Source: Octopus vulgaris (lineage: Eukaryota). Taken from it: 64,000 nt of DNA. Position numbers and translations under genes: made by a program. Shown piece by piece: positions 14,061 to 25,321 of the stretch. Every line of letters starts with the position of its first letter. Position 1 is the stretch's first letter. A model generated the notes under the pieces. That model did no database searches, was not told the origin of the DNA, and saw nothing but the letters and a program-made list of their open reading frames with translations. The stretch spans positions 26,536,001 through 26,600,000 of the forward strand of contig OX597818.1 in the NCBI GenBank assembly GCA_951406725.2, given 5' to 3'.

Positions 14061-15855
14061 CATCATCATTTGACATCTATTTTCCATGCTGGTATGGGTT
14101 GAATGGTTTGACAGGAACTGGCAAGACCAGGGATAGGACTAGGTTCCATAGTCTGTTTTGGCTTGGTTTCTACAGCTGGATGGCCTTCCCATCACCAACC
14201 ATTTTACAGAGTGTACTTGGTGCTTTTTATATGGCACCAGCACCAACATCAATGCCTTTTATCTGGCACTTTGGTTTAGAATACCTATTTCTTTATAACC
14301 CACAAGGGGCTAAACATAGAGGGGACAAACAAGGACAGACATAGGTATTAAGTCGATTGCATCAACCCCAGTGCGTAACTGGTACTTAATTTATCAACCC
14401 CGGAAGGATGAAAGGCAAAGTTGACCTCAGCTGAATTTGAACTCACAACGTAACGGCAGACGAAGTACCGCTAAGCATTTCGCCCAGTGTGCTAATGTTT
14501 CCGCCAGCTCGCCACCTTAATGGTTTAGAATACCATTTCTGCTGTGGTGGGTGAGTTTTCTTGAGTACAGCAATACTGCATATCTCAGTCCTCTGTCATC
14601 TCCTTTGTGAGGTTCAGCATGTCTTTCTTTCAACATCCTTCCACTTTAAGTGATTGGCACTTCTTTATGCAACTGTCCTCATCCATCTGCATCATGTGAC
14701 CAAATCAGCACAGTCTCCTCTCTTGCACACTGCAGATAATTCTGCTTATGCCCATCTTATCTTTCAATACGTTAATACTATATCACACTTGTACACTGAT
14801 GTTGCACATTCAGCAGAGCATACCAGCTTCATTCCACTCTAGTCTTTGCATATCCTCTGCATTCGGGGTCCGTGTCTCATTACCGTGTAGTATTGCTGTT
14901 TGTATTCATGCACCATACAATCTTCATTCTACTCGGAGAAAGAGACCTTTGGTTGCCAACAGAAGTAAAAGTTCTTACTAATTACTCTTCCTGTATAACC
15001 TCCTCCACTGATAATTAAATCACCTAGGTAGCAGAAATTATCTACAACTTCCAAAGACCCTCCAAGGATATTTGATGAAATCAGTTTTCTGTGTATCTGT
15101 GGTCTTTATGGCTCCTGTACCTCTTCCTCATACAAACACTGCTTTCTCTGTTAACGTTTCCTACTATCTACTGCACCTCTTGTCTGTAGCTTACACTGGG
15201 TTAACTGAATGGGATTTCTGCCTTAACCCATCCTACATATATAGCAGGGCCATTTACCTCTAAAGAGAGTAGGGTCCCATCTAATTTCTTACTCACTAGG
15301 ATTTGGTTTTTGCTACGTTAACTTTAAGACCCTATGATTTCAAGTTCTGTTTCCACACCTGGAATTTCTTTTCTAATTCTGTTATAGATTCTGCCATGAG
15401 GACCTGATCACCAGGATATAGTAGTTCACATAAGCTTCCAGTCTTAAATTTCTCTGTTATGACCTGGAGGCCAATGATGGATAGGAGGGGCTGAGGATTG
15501 AGCCTTGGTGAACACTTACCTGTACTCTATGGATTAACTCTTACCTTACTAACAGCACCCCTGTGCAAGGCCTCTACTGCTTTCACAAGCCATTCATTTA
15601 CCCCTAGTTTCCTCAGAGACTACTGTATCATAAAGTGAGGTACTCTGTCAAAGGGTTTCTCTTTATCAACAAATGCCAAGTATAATGGCCTGTTCTTAGC
15701 TAAATACTTCTGTTGCAGTTGCCTGACTATGAAAATTGCATCAGTGGTCCTTCTCGTAAGGACAAAGCCAAACTGTATTTCAACTAGTCTAATTCTGTAT
15801 CTAATTAATTGGGCTACAATTCTCTCCACAACTTTTATCACCTGGTTCAGCAATT
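14061..15855 (-). mobile_element. 5'-truncated, internally deleted RTE-clade LINE, interrupted by a SINE
   Basis: QFGFVLTRRTTDAIFIVRQLQQKYLAKNRPLYLAFVDKEKPFDRVP (15620-15853), VHQGSILSP- and LLYPGDQVL-like motifs further on, and a (CAT)n tail at ~14061. Confidence 0.85.
14286..14520 (-). mobile_element. SINE family B, full length, nested in the RTE LINE
   Basis: Perfect 14-bp target-site duplication TGGTTTAGAATACC at 14272-14285 and 14521-14534. Confidence 0.95.
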
Positions 15856-17104
15856 TACTTTATTAAAAGTTTTATGTATTTTAACTATGCTAGTAATTGG
15901 TTAAAACTGGAAGATTTTGGATCACCTATTTCTGTTCTTTCATTAAAAAAAACCCCCCACAACCTTACAAATAAACATTGCTTAAGGTAACTAATTGTAT
16001 TAATGTTTTTATAATCATACTGAAATTTAAATAATTGCTAGCTTTGCATCAACTGATCATAGATTTACTTTTTTTTATTGACTTTTGATGTAACATTGAT
16101 TTCAGTTAGACAATTCTTCATCATAAAAGCACACATTTTGTTTTCTAATTTAGTGAAATATATCTGCTTTGTTAAGCTTGCATCATCATCATCTTCATCT
16201 TCACCAACTCCACTATCATTGTAATCATCATTTTACATCTGCTTTTCCATACTGGTATGGATTAGCTGAGTCCTTACAGTCTGATTCAGCTTTCTTTTGG
16301 AATTACTATCCTGCTAGATTGTTTGGGGACTAATTTTTGCTTGTACATTCTGCAGCTGGATGCCTTCCTTAGAGCCATGCCAAAAATAGAACATAAATAA
16401 TCCTTGCCATAAATAGGTATAAATATATCTTGTGTAGATTCTATATAAATTTCTTTACTTAATATTCTTTCATAATCATATTTCTAATGAAACACTATAT
16501 GTTTTAATTCATCATTTAACACCCGCTTTCCATGCTGGCATAAGTTGGACAGTTTGACAGGAACTGGCAAGGTAGAAATTATCATGACTCTGCATGGAAG
16601 TTAGTATTATTATTAATCTGTTTTTTAGAAACATAACCAAAAGGATCTTACATAATAACCACTGTGAAATTCTTAGTTTGGTATCACAGAAACAAGAGCA
16701 TTCTTGGCAGGCTGGTATCAAAAGGGTTTAGAAAATATTTCCTGTCAATGGTATCATAGATATTTCTTGTTATAACATCATGCTTCAAAGGAAGATAGTG
16801 TGTCAGTGATAGTTTTGAATGGCTGCTGAAAATAATATCTCTTTTCTTGAAGTTTAATGTATTAAATATGGGTTAACACACCAGTAGTCTTGAAGCTTTT
16901 CTATGAAGAATGATTACTAAATACTTAGTAGTTATATTGCTTTCTTGTGATTGAAATTGATTGCCTAATTCCTTTATACTGATAATGCTGATGACTGAGA
17001 AGCCCAGATGTAGATATTGATGGCCAGGAAGAGTTGGAGAGCATGATTATGGTTTAGATGTTGTTGCATTCAATGTTCTTTAAGTTTTTCTTTCAGGGGA
17101 GGGG

Positions 17105-17250
17105 GTAATTCAATTACATCAACCCCAGTGCTCGAATGGTACTTATTTTATCAACCCTGAAACGATAAAAGGCAAAGTCAACCTAGGCAGAGTTTGAACT
17201 CAGAACATAAAGATGGATGAGATGCCCAGTATGCTAACGATTCTGCCAGC
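17105..17250 (-). mobile_element. SINE family B, partial
   Basis: AAGGCAAAGTCAACCT..GAGTTTGAACTCAGAAC...TGCTAACGATTCTGCCAGC. Confidence 0.85.
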
Positions 17251-17447
17251 CTTAGTGATACAGAAATATTAGTAGGAGTGGTTCTCAGCTTCTGTTAAGC
17301 ATCTGCCCTCTATGAACCTTTTTAACATATTTAGAAACGAGTTTTTGCTGGATTCTATGTTTTAAACATTGAAGATTACAGTTGTGTGCAAAATAAAAAG
17401 AAATTCACAAGCTCAGTTTTCTTTGAAGTATGTTCCCCTCTCCATGT

Positions 17448-17526
17448 AACTCTAATCCTAAGCTCTATACCCTAACCATAATCTCTACACTTAAACCCCA
17501 GCCCTAACTCTAAAGCCTAACTGTAA
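17448..17526 (+). repeat. Degenerate (CCCTAA)-like hexamer tract
   Basis: CTCTAA TCCTAA ... CCCTAA CCATAA ... CCCTAA CTCTAA ... GCCTAA CTGTAA. Confidence 0.55.
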
Positions 17527-18127
17527 CATTTTCTTTCATGACTATAATCTACTATGTTAAATATATCTAATTCACAAGGAAACAAATTAGAAAAAATATG
17601 TCAAAAATGGAAAACTGCTGCTGGTTGTGTACTCTGAGATAGAGATTGTGGACCAGCAAAAAGTTCTTTTTTAATTGTATTTTTAAAACTCTTTTTTTTT
17701 TCCTTAAATCTTAAAGAACCCCCCCCACCCCGAATAGAAAATAAAACAGTTTGGCAGGTGGGGTTTCATATTACATACCTATTTAATACATATATAAACT
17801 ATTTGAAATATTTTTTTTTAATATGGACACAAACAAATGTGGTAAAAGAATCAGTTTGTAACCATCTGGGTTTGGATTAATTTTGCTCAACAAGATCATT
17901 AAAAGCAATTAATCAAAATTCCAGCTCTAAATTATTTAAAATAACACCTTTTTGGCATTTCATGTTCAGGGCCTGATGAAAGGAAAAGTATTTACTTTGT
18001 CAAAGCCAGTGACCAAAAAATGAAAGTGTTTTCCTTCAAAATGAAACTGTTAAATAACAGTTAGGTGCCATTTCAATGATGTTCAATGGATCCTCATGAT
18101 ATTTTAATTAAATTCTCAATGTGAGCA

Positions 18128-18415
18128 ATGCATGGCTGTTATCTATTGAGCTGTATCAAAATGTTAATAGATGAGATTACAATGTTTAACAGCAAATATA
18201 CAAAATGCACTTTTCTGCAAAATTATGGCCTCCTTAATTGCATTTCAGTTTGTCCTGGTTGCAGTTATGATGTAAAGTTTCATGAAAACCTGCATCATGT
18301 GAGATGGATACCTGAGAGAGTATGCCAAAAGAATTGTTGCAAGAAATTGCCATTATGAACACATTTTCTCAGGAAAACTGCCTTGTGCAATTCATCAAGC
18401 TTATATGTTAGTGTA
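18128..18415 (+). mobile_element. Merlin (ISXO2/IS1016-like) transposase N-terminal relic
   Basis: FLQNYGLL...CPGC...RW...C...C then TFSQ...IKLIC resembles the FLQxxGLL-CPxC-WRC-C-T(F/W)F-LIY pattern of ISXO2-type transposases. Disrupted by stops. Confidence 0.5.
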
Positions 18416-20127
18416 TGGCATAGTAACCATTAAAATAATAGGCCATGAAACCGCTTTCATCCTCATCATCAAAATTACTTTCACTTTTTGACCTAGAAAC
18501 TCATTGTTTTGATGAAGTAAATGCTCCCTCTTTCCAAGGGCTTTGGAAATAAGGAAGCACTGACACTTCTTGATAAAAAATAACTGTCATTGCAACAGGT
18601 AAACAAAAACTTAGTTATTTATATGAAAGGTTTTAGAAGAGCAGAAATAAAAACAAAAATATATCTATCTCTATTTTGGTGTGTGTGAGTGTGTGTGTGT
18701 GATATGTTTTTTCTGAAATACAGAAAGAAATTAAGATGATGTGATTTTTCTCTTTCTTTATTGATAATTACAGCCACTTTTTGGTGAGCAAGTGAGTGTT
18801 TGTGTTGATGTCATTCACGTATATCATCATTTCATGAAGGCTGAAAACTAGTTTTCTCTCTTGACAAAATAGATATTAAGTAAGTTCCAGTACTTTGAAA
18901 AAGTACCTCAAATAACTTCTAGCACATTTCTGGGTCTAGGAACCTTTTGAGGGTCCTGGAACACAAAAATATTGTGGAACTTAAAAGCAAAATGGCATAT
19001 GTATAAGAGTACATTATCAAAACATGGTGTGACCACAATGTACAATTTTCTCTTATATTACAGTACACACAAACAGTCAAGCAAATGTTGAATTTTAATA
19101 CCATGAAGATACAGCCATACTGACTATTTTTTTCAATCACAGTCACACAATATTAGTTTTCTCTCAGTAATAAGAAGCTGTTGGAACTGATCTAAGTTTT
19201 TGAAGTGATGAATTTTAACTTTTCTGATATTTAGACAATAGAAACCATTATATCTAAGTATCAGTCCTACTGCCTTTGTGTTAACTTAAATCCTTTGAGA
19301 TTAAATATGCTGAGGTCTCTTGTCATTTTCTTAGTACCTAGCCAGCAGCGACTGTTGTACAGATATAACTTGAACATACTTCCTGTTATTCAGCTGACGT
19401 CTAGACGTCTGTTGCATTGTGATGTTATTATTATTAGTTATTTATTTATTTTTGTATTATTTCATTTTTTTAATGTAGGTGTTGTATTAATAAAAAGAGT
19501 AATTATAATCATTGAAGCAATGCAATGTCAGTTGTATCTGTTAAACTGTTTCTTCCCTTGTGCTCTTACCCCCCCTCCACTCTCCCATAACTATTTCATT
19601 TTACTTTAAACCATTTTACCTTAGACATTTCAACTGTGGTGCATAAAATAAATATTTCAAATCCCATTGCTTTCTTTGCATATTGTAAAGTTATCAGCTT
19701 TGTAAATGAGATGTATCTATGATATCGTTTTACAACACTGGGATTGGAAGTCTTAACACCCCTATCACCTTTCAAACAAATAAAGATTTTTCAAGTAAAG
19801 GCTTTATACCAAAAACCTGGGTGTTTTTCATACAGTTAAATGCCTACAAACTTTTATATATATAAAAAAAAATGTCCTACATCAGAATACTACTTGCATA
19901 TGAGATGGTACAGTCATCATACATATACATACTTTGGTTTGCTTGATAAATATATCTTCATTCATAAACACTCTGCAACATTCAACCTTGTCATCAAATT
20001 GTACACATCTCATTCAGTCTCATCCCTTGTTAATGCAACAGTCTCTTTTCCTGTGACCCGCATTTTTTGACTGCGTAGATCCTTTGTTAACATACACCAG
20101 TGAAAGATATACTCGTACACAATTGTG

Positions 20128-20186
<59 letters not shown>

Positions 20187-20350
20187 ACACACACACACAC
20201 AATCACACAGAATGGAACTGTCTACTACTAAATTTCACTCACAAAGTGCTCTTCAACCTACAGCTATGGTAGAAGACACTTGCCAGATGTGCTATGTGGT
20301 GGGATTGAACCTCAAATACATAGTAATGAACCAAATTTCTTGACTTCATC
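20128..20350 (-). mobile_element. (TATC)n microsatellite plus SINE family A head fragment
   Basis: (TATC)n at about 20128-20186, then CACTCACAAAG...GTAGAAGACACTTGCC...GGGATTGAACC. Confidence 0.8.
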
Positions 20351-21139
20351 ACCATATTTTAATGCTATTTTGGGTTATCATATATTCATTTTTTAGTTTC
20401 ATTATATGTTTTCAACTAGATAAATAGGATGTGTGTCTGTGTGTGTATGCTTGTATATATTTTCTTCCTATTACTAGTTAAATTTCTTCTAATATCTGAA
20501 TTTGGAAAATTGAAAAATAAATATTATGTCATTTTAAAGATACATTTGAATTCACTTGCAAGTCTCAGAATGACATTGGTATCATTGTTGAATCTCTAAA
20601 TATAAACTGTTAATAGTGAATCTTGTAAAAAGTGGTTGGTTCCTGTCTAACAGCCATTACCAATAGAGTCAATAAGAATACAGAAATAAATTTTTCTAGG
20701 TCAGAAATAAACTTTAAGGGTAGTATCTATACAAGAAAAAAATATATATAAACAAACTGCATACTCATAAAAATAGCACTTGTTTATCTTGAGCCCATTA
20801 ACAAGTATATAACTACTATGTAACTGTTTTTTTATATGTTTTTGCTTGTACTTCGAATTTTTCTCTTAGCTTTTAGCATATTACATAAAATGGTAACAGC
20901 TGAGCTCATTTTCATGAAATATTTTGACAAGATTTTGTCAACATTTTTTTTTAGTTTTTATAGTCAATTGATAACAAAGCAATCAACTATGCCAATAATT
21001 TCATATTAGACTCAACGGTTTTTCTCTCTCTTCCTCTTATTGTGATAGTTTATTGTGACAAAATGAATTAACACCATACTGCTAACACCTATCATGTTGT
21101 TAACAATAGCTATATATTTTCCCTTCAGTCACCAGTATC

Positions 21140-21335
21140 CAACATCCTGGGCCCCAACACTGTTACTAATTCCAGTCCTTCTCCTCCAGAATGTTAGCCA
21201 TTCTGAAATTCCCTCCCTGCTCTTGTCTTTCCCCATATGTGTTAATGTACAACAGTCTTTGACTTTTAATAGCATCAGTCTCATCAATCTTGAAGGATTT
21301 GCAAAGTCTATAGGCACTGCTCCTTTCTTTTGATC
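21140..21335 (-). mobile_element. Heavily decayed CR1-like RT fragment
   Basis: IDFA..., GISEWLTF..RR and SVLGP (minus CAGTGTTGGGGCCC) occur in RT order. Confidence 0.45.
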
Positions 21336-21544
21336 CAATCCAGCAAGTGAAAAAGAAAGTATAAATAGATAATATGATAGTATACTGAAACAGTAGGTTC
21401 TTTATTGGTACTTTCATTAATTTTCCAATTTCAAATCCTACTAAAGGTATCTCTGCCCGTCATATTTCATAGATTAATGAAATAAATACCTATCTTAAAT
21501 TTTGAACTTTTCTCAATCGAAAATTTGGTCTTTTAAATAAAATA

Positions 21545-21866
21545 AAACTATAGCACCTTGGGCAAGTATCTTCTGTATCATTGGACTGACTAAAGCCTTG
21601 TGATTGGATTTGAAAGACAAAAACTAAAAGAAGCTTGTTGTGTGTGTATGTGTGTTTATACCTACTTGTCTTGGCATTACATAATAGTTGTAAATTAGTG
21701 TCACTGTCAAATAAACAATGTCATTCATTTTCAATTTTTCATGAAAATATATCTGGCCATTCATTATTTTGCTTGGTAACAAGTAAGGGTTGACAACAAG
21801 AAGGACATCTGGCGATAGCATTGAAAAGTGGATATTAAAACAATAATAATGATGATGATGATGATT
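21545..21866 (+). mobile_element. Composite SINE (family-A head, RTE-like tail, (GAT)n end), degraded
   Basis: GCACCTTGGGCAAGTATCTTCTG...AAAGCCTTGTGA...AAGGACATCTGGC...GAAAAGTGGATATTAAAA..(GAT)n. Confidence 0.65.
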
Positions 21867-21894
21867 ATATTTGAGAATTATCTATCATATATGG

Positions 21895-22620
21895 AAATGT
21901 CATTGACAGCTACATTGCCAAAGCCAATATCCCTTTTGGATGTCTGTAGAAGCATATATGAGTGAACCATGCAATGCATCTACCCACCAGAATCAAAGTC
22001 TATGAGGCAACTGTCATCACCACTCTTCTCTATGAGTCAGAAGCTTGTATGCTGTACAGGAAGCAAGTGAAGCTGCTGGAATGCTTCAACTTGAGATGCC
22101 TTTGCTCTACCATGGACATCTCACGAAAGGAGTACATTGCCAAGAATGATCTCCTCCAGCAGGCCAACATCTCACTTATTGAAACCATGCTGCTGTCCAT
22201 TTAGTTCAAATGGACCAGCGACATCTTATGCATGGACAATCTAGAATGCTAAAGGCCATATTTTGCAGCAAACTCAACCAGGGGCGAATGAGACAGAAGT
22301 AGTCCCTGGAAGCATTTCAAAGATCAGATGAATTGTCAGCTCATCCAGACAGGAAGAGACCCAGCAGTGTGGAAGAGGGTCACAGCACAGAGGGTGGTGT
22401 GGTGAAATTGCACTCAGATTGTTGCAAGCAGTTTTGAGAAGGCCAGAACAACTGCAATGGATTAGAAACACCAGAGCAGGAAAGAGTCATTGTCCTGACA
22501 CTCACCTGCATATTTGTCCCAGGTATTATAGGGCCTGTCAATCAAGGATTGCTTTACAGAGCCACTTGAAGGTTTTCCACTTTTCCTCATGATCGTTAAG
22601 AATGAGAAACTGCCTCCATT
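21895..22620 (+). mobile_element. RTE-clade LINE 3' fragment (C-terminal domain and terminal C2H2-like finger)
   Basis: IAKANIPFGCL..TRIKVYEATVITTLLYESEACMLYRKQVKLLECFNLRCL, and YICPRYYRACQSRIALQSHL near 22510-22570. Confidence 0.9.
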
Positions 22621-22645
22621 TCATCAACTAATATATGTAAATATT

Positions 22646-22830
22646 AGGGCGGTGAGCTGGCAGAATCATTAGCACGCCGGGCAAAATGCTTAGCAGTATT
22701 TTGTCTGCTGTTATGTTCTGAGTTCAGATTCCATCAGTAACACACTGGGGTCAATGTAATTGACTTGATCCCTTTGTCTGTCCTTATTTGTCCTCTCTAT
22801 GTTTAGCCCCTTGTGGGCAATAAAGAAATA
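22646..22830 (+). mobile_element. SINE family B with internal deletion
   Basis: Perfect 16-bp target-site duplication AATATATGTAAATATT at 22630-22645 and 22831-22846. Confidence 0.95.
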
Positions 22831-24181
22831 AATATATGTAAATATTGTCTCTTTACATTAACACAATGCTATGGTTGTATATGGGAGGGTTTTAATCAAT
22901 TAAATTAACTCCATTGGTTGATAGTTATTTAACTGACCCAGAGTTGGTGACAGTGACATCAGGGTTTTAAATGGCATGGCAGTGGGGTGAAATTGTATCA
23001 TATAAAGCATTTTATTCAGCATAATATAATTATTATAATATTGCATATTAATTATGATCCAAATTTTAGTAAGTCATGTGACTGATTTTACATAATTTAG
23101 TATTTACTCTAGTTCTGTATTATTTGTACTATTCCACTACTTTTATTTCTATATGAATATTAAAATTTACCTTCCAATATTTTGAATATTGATTTGTCTT
23201 CAGAAAATCTGTGTAAAGATATGATTTTATTTTTAAAACACATTCTGGAAAAAAACCCCAAAAAAACAACAACTTATAAACAGCTTCAAAACATTTTTTC
23301 AAATGCTACAAAGAATTGATATTGAAAAGTATGTAGGTTTTTGTTGATGCAAAAATGTTTCTTTTAAAAATTTATTTCAGTACTTACTTTCATTAATTTG
23401 ATCAATACTTCTATTTTTTTGTCTCTTATTGTTGTTTTAATCTCTATGTGCATATAACACTTGGTTTCAGTTACAATGTCCTCAGCTTCATTCTGATACC
23501 AAAATTGTGGGCCTATAGTCCAGCCCAATCTTATGAGGATTAATGGCAAAAATAAACAAATAACTGCCAATTCATTAGTTTTACTTCTTTCAATTATTTC
23601 TTACTTTGACATTTCATAACTCCAGAAAAAAATTTAATTAAACTACTACATTGTCTGAAGATAGAAAATCAAATTATTTTTATTGTAGTTTTACATTCTT
23701 TGTAGGATTTCAGCTGCCTGAGTCAAGAATTTGCCAAATTTCTTACTATCAAATGAGCAGTAATTGTTTTATCACAAGCATTATTCCAGGGGTTGGCAGT
23801 AGGTAGGCTATTGAGGTGTTCTCTGTGGGCCTTAAACTTTTCCTAAAAATTTTCAAATTTAATGTATTTGTGGACTGTTTATCAGCTGATGGTTTTTAAA
23901 TAATCTTCATAAACATTACCAAACTTACAGAAACATTACCAATGAATGTGTTGGACAGGGTGGATATGTAAAAATATTTTATATGTAAAATATTATATAA
24001 TGTATATGTGGACTATGGGCAAGGGTAAAAAATTTGAAAATGGGCTTTTACAAAAAGAACTTGCTAATTTCTACATTGTGTCCCTTACAGATTACATCTA
24101 TTTCAAAATAAGACTCTCTTTATAGCTGTAAGATACAGAGTTCACTACTCTCAACAATAAGAGATATGTTTAAGTGACATT

Positions 24182-24384
24182 TCATCATCATTTAACGTCC
24201 GTTTTCCATGCTAGCATGGGTTGGATGGTTTGACCGGGGTCTGGGAAGCCAGGGGCTGCACCAGGCTCCAGTCTGATCTGGCAGTGTTTCCACAGCTGGA
24301 TGCCCTTCCTAATGCCAACCACTCCGTGAGTGTAGTGGGTGCTTTTTATGTGCCAGGGGAGGCTGGCAACTGCCACGATCGGTT

Positions 24385-24387
<3 letters not shown>
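24182..24387 (-). mobile_element. RTE-type 3' tail fragment, young (CpGs retained)
   Basis: CATCATCATTTAACGTCCGTTTTCCATGCTAGCATGGGTTGG...GGATGCCCTTCCTAATGCCAACC. Confidence 0.9.
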
Positions 24388-24429
<42 letters not shown>

Positions 24430-24457
24430 ATATATATATATATATATATATGTATAG

Positions 24458-24495
<38 letters not shown>

Positions 24496-24502
24496 TATAT
24501 AT

Positions 24503-24707
24503 TCTCTTTTACTTGTTTCAGTCATTTGACTGCGGCCATGCTGGAGCACCGCCTTTAATCGAGCAAACTCGACCCCGGGACTTATTCTTTTGTAAGTCCA
24601 GTACTTATTCTATCGGTCTCTTTTGCCGAACCGCTAAGTAACGGGGACATAAACACACCAGCATCGGTTGTCAAGCAATGCTAGGGGGACAAACACAGAC
24701 ACCCAAT

Positions 24708-24758
<51 letters not shown>

Positions 24759-24874
24759 GACAGGCTTCTTTCAGTTTCCGTCTACCAAATCCACTCACAA
24801 AGCTTTGGTCGGCCCGAGGCTATAGTAGAAGACACTTGCCCAAGGTGCCATGCAGTGGGACTGAACCCGGAACC
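24503..24874 (-). mobile_element. SINE family A, young, 5'-truncated at the B box
   Basis: Reverse complement of the 62079-62470 copy, with an internal (CA)/(TA) microsatellite. Confidence 0.95.
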
Positions 24875-25186
24875 TTTAAATTGGCAGCAGTTCGAAATTG
24901 ATGCAAGAGCCAAGAGTTTTGAGCAATCCCCAAACTTCTGCTGATTATATCACACACACACAACATAAAGGAATAGGGATTTAGAATGCAGGCAGGTGGT
25001 ACCTTGCACATGAATGCAACATCAAAGGCCATTAGGACACTCACTCAGCAGAAACATGTGTTGGATTGGCATCTAATATGAACAGAACAAGACAAATACT
25101 CTTCCAATGTAATTCACCATTCCTGTTTAGGATATTGTTTTTTTTTTTTCATGCTCACCTGTCCCCAAATGCAATATTTCACCTAC

Positions 25187-25321
25187 CTTCACTTGTTCAC
25201 AGCCACATGGGTGCTCATTCCAAACAGGAATCTCGACATTTTTATTGACAACTTTATCAAACAATGGCAGAACCATTGCAGTCAGTTCATCAAGAGATTC
25301 TTTACCCAACACAGCAATTGT
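25187..25321 (-). pseudogene. IDE: Insulin-degrading enzyme (insulysin, peptidase M16A) gene fragment
   Basis: TIAVLGKESLDELTAMVLPLFDKVVNKNVEIPVWNEHPCGCEQVK aligns without gaps to remembered human IDE [45 protein letters not shown]. I recognised no other IDE segment in the window. Confidence 0.85.

Noticed and set aside
17448-17526. Interstitial telomere or chromosome-fusion scar
   Set aside because: Short, highly degenerate and in one orientation only. Such tracts are common inside invertebrate transposons.
19374-19392. Partial resemblance of the minus strand to miR-1
   Set aside because: The seed does not match and there is no precursor hairpin.
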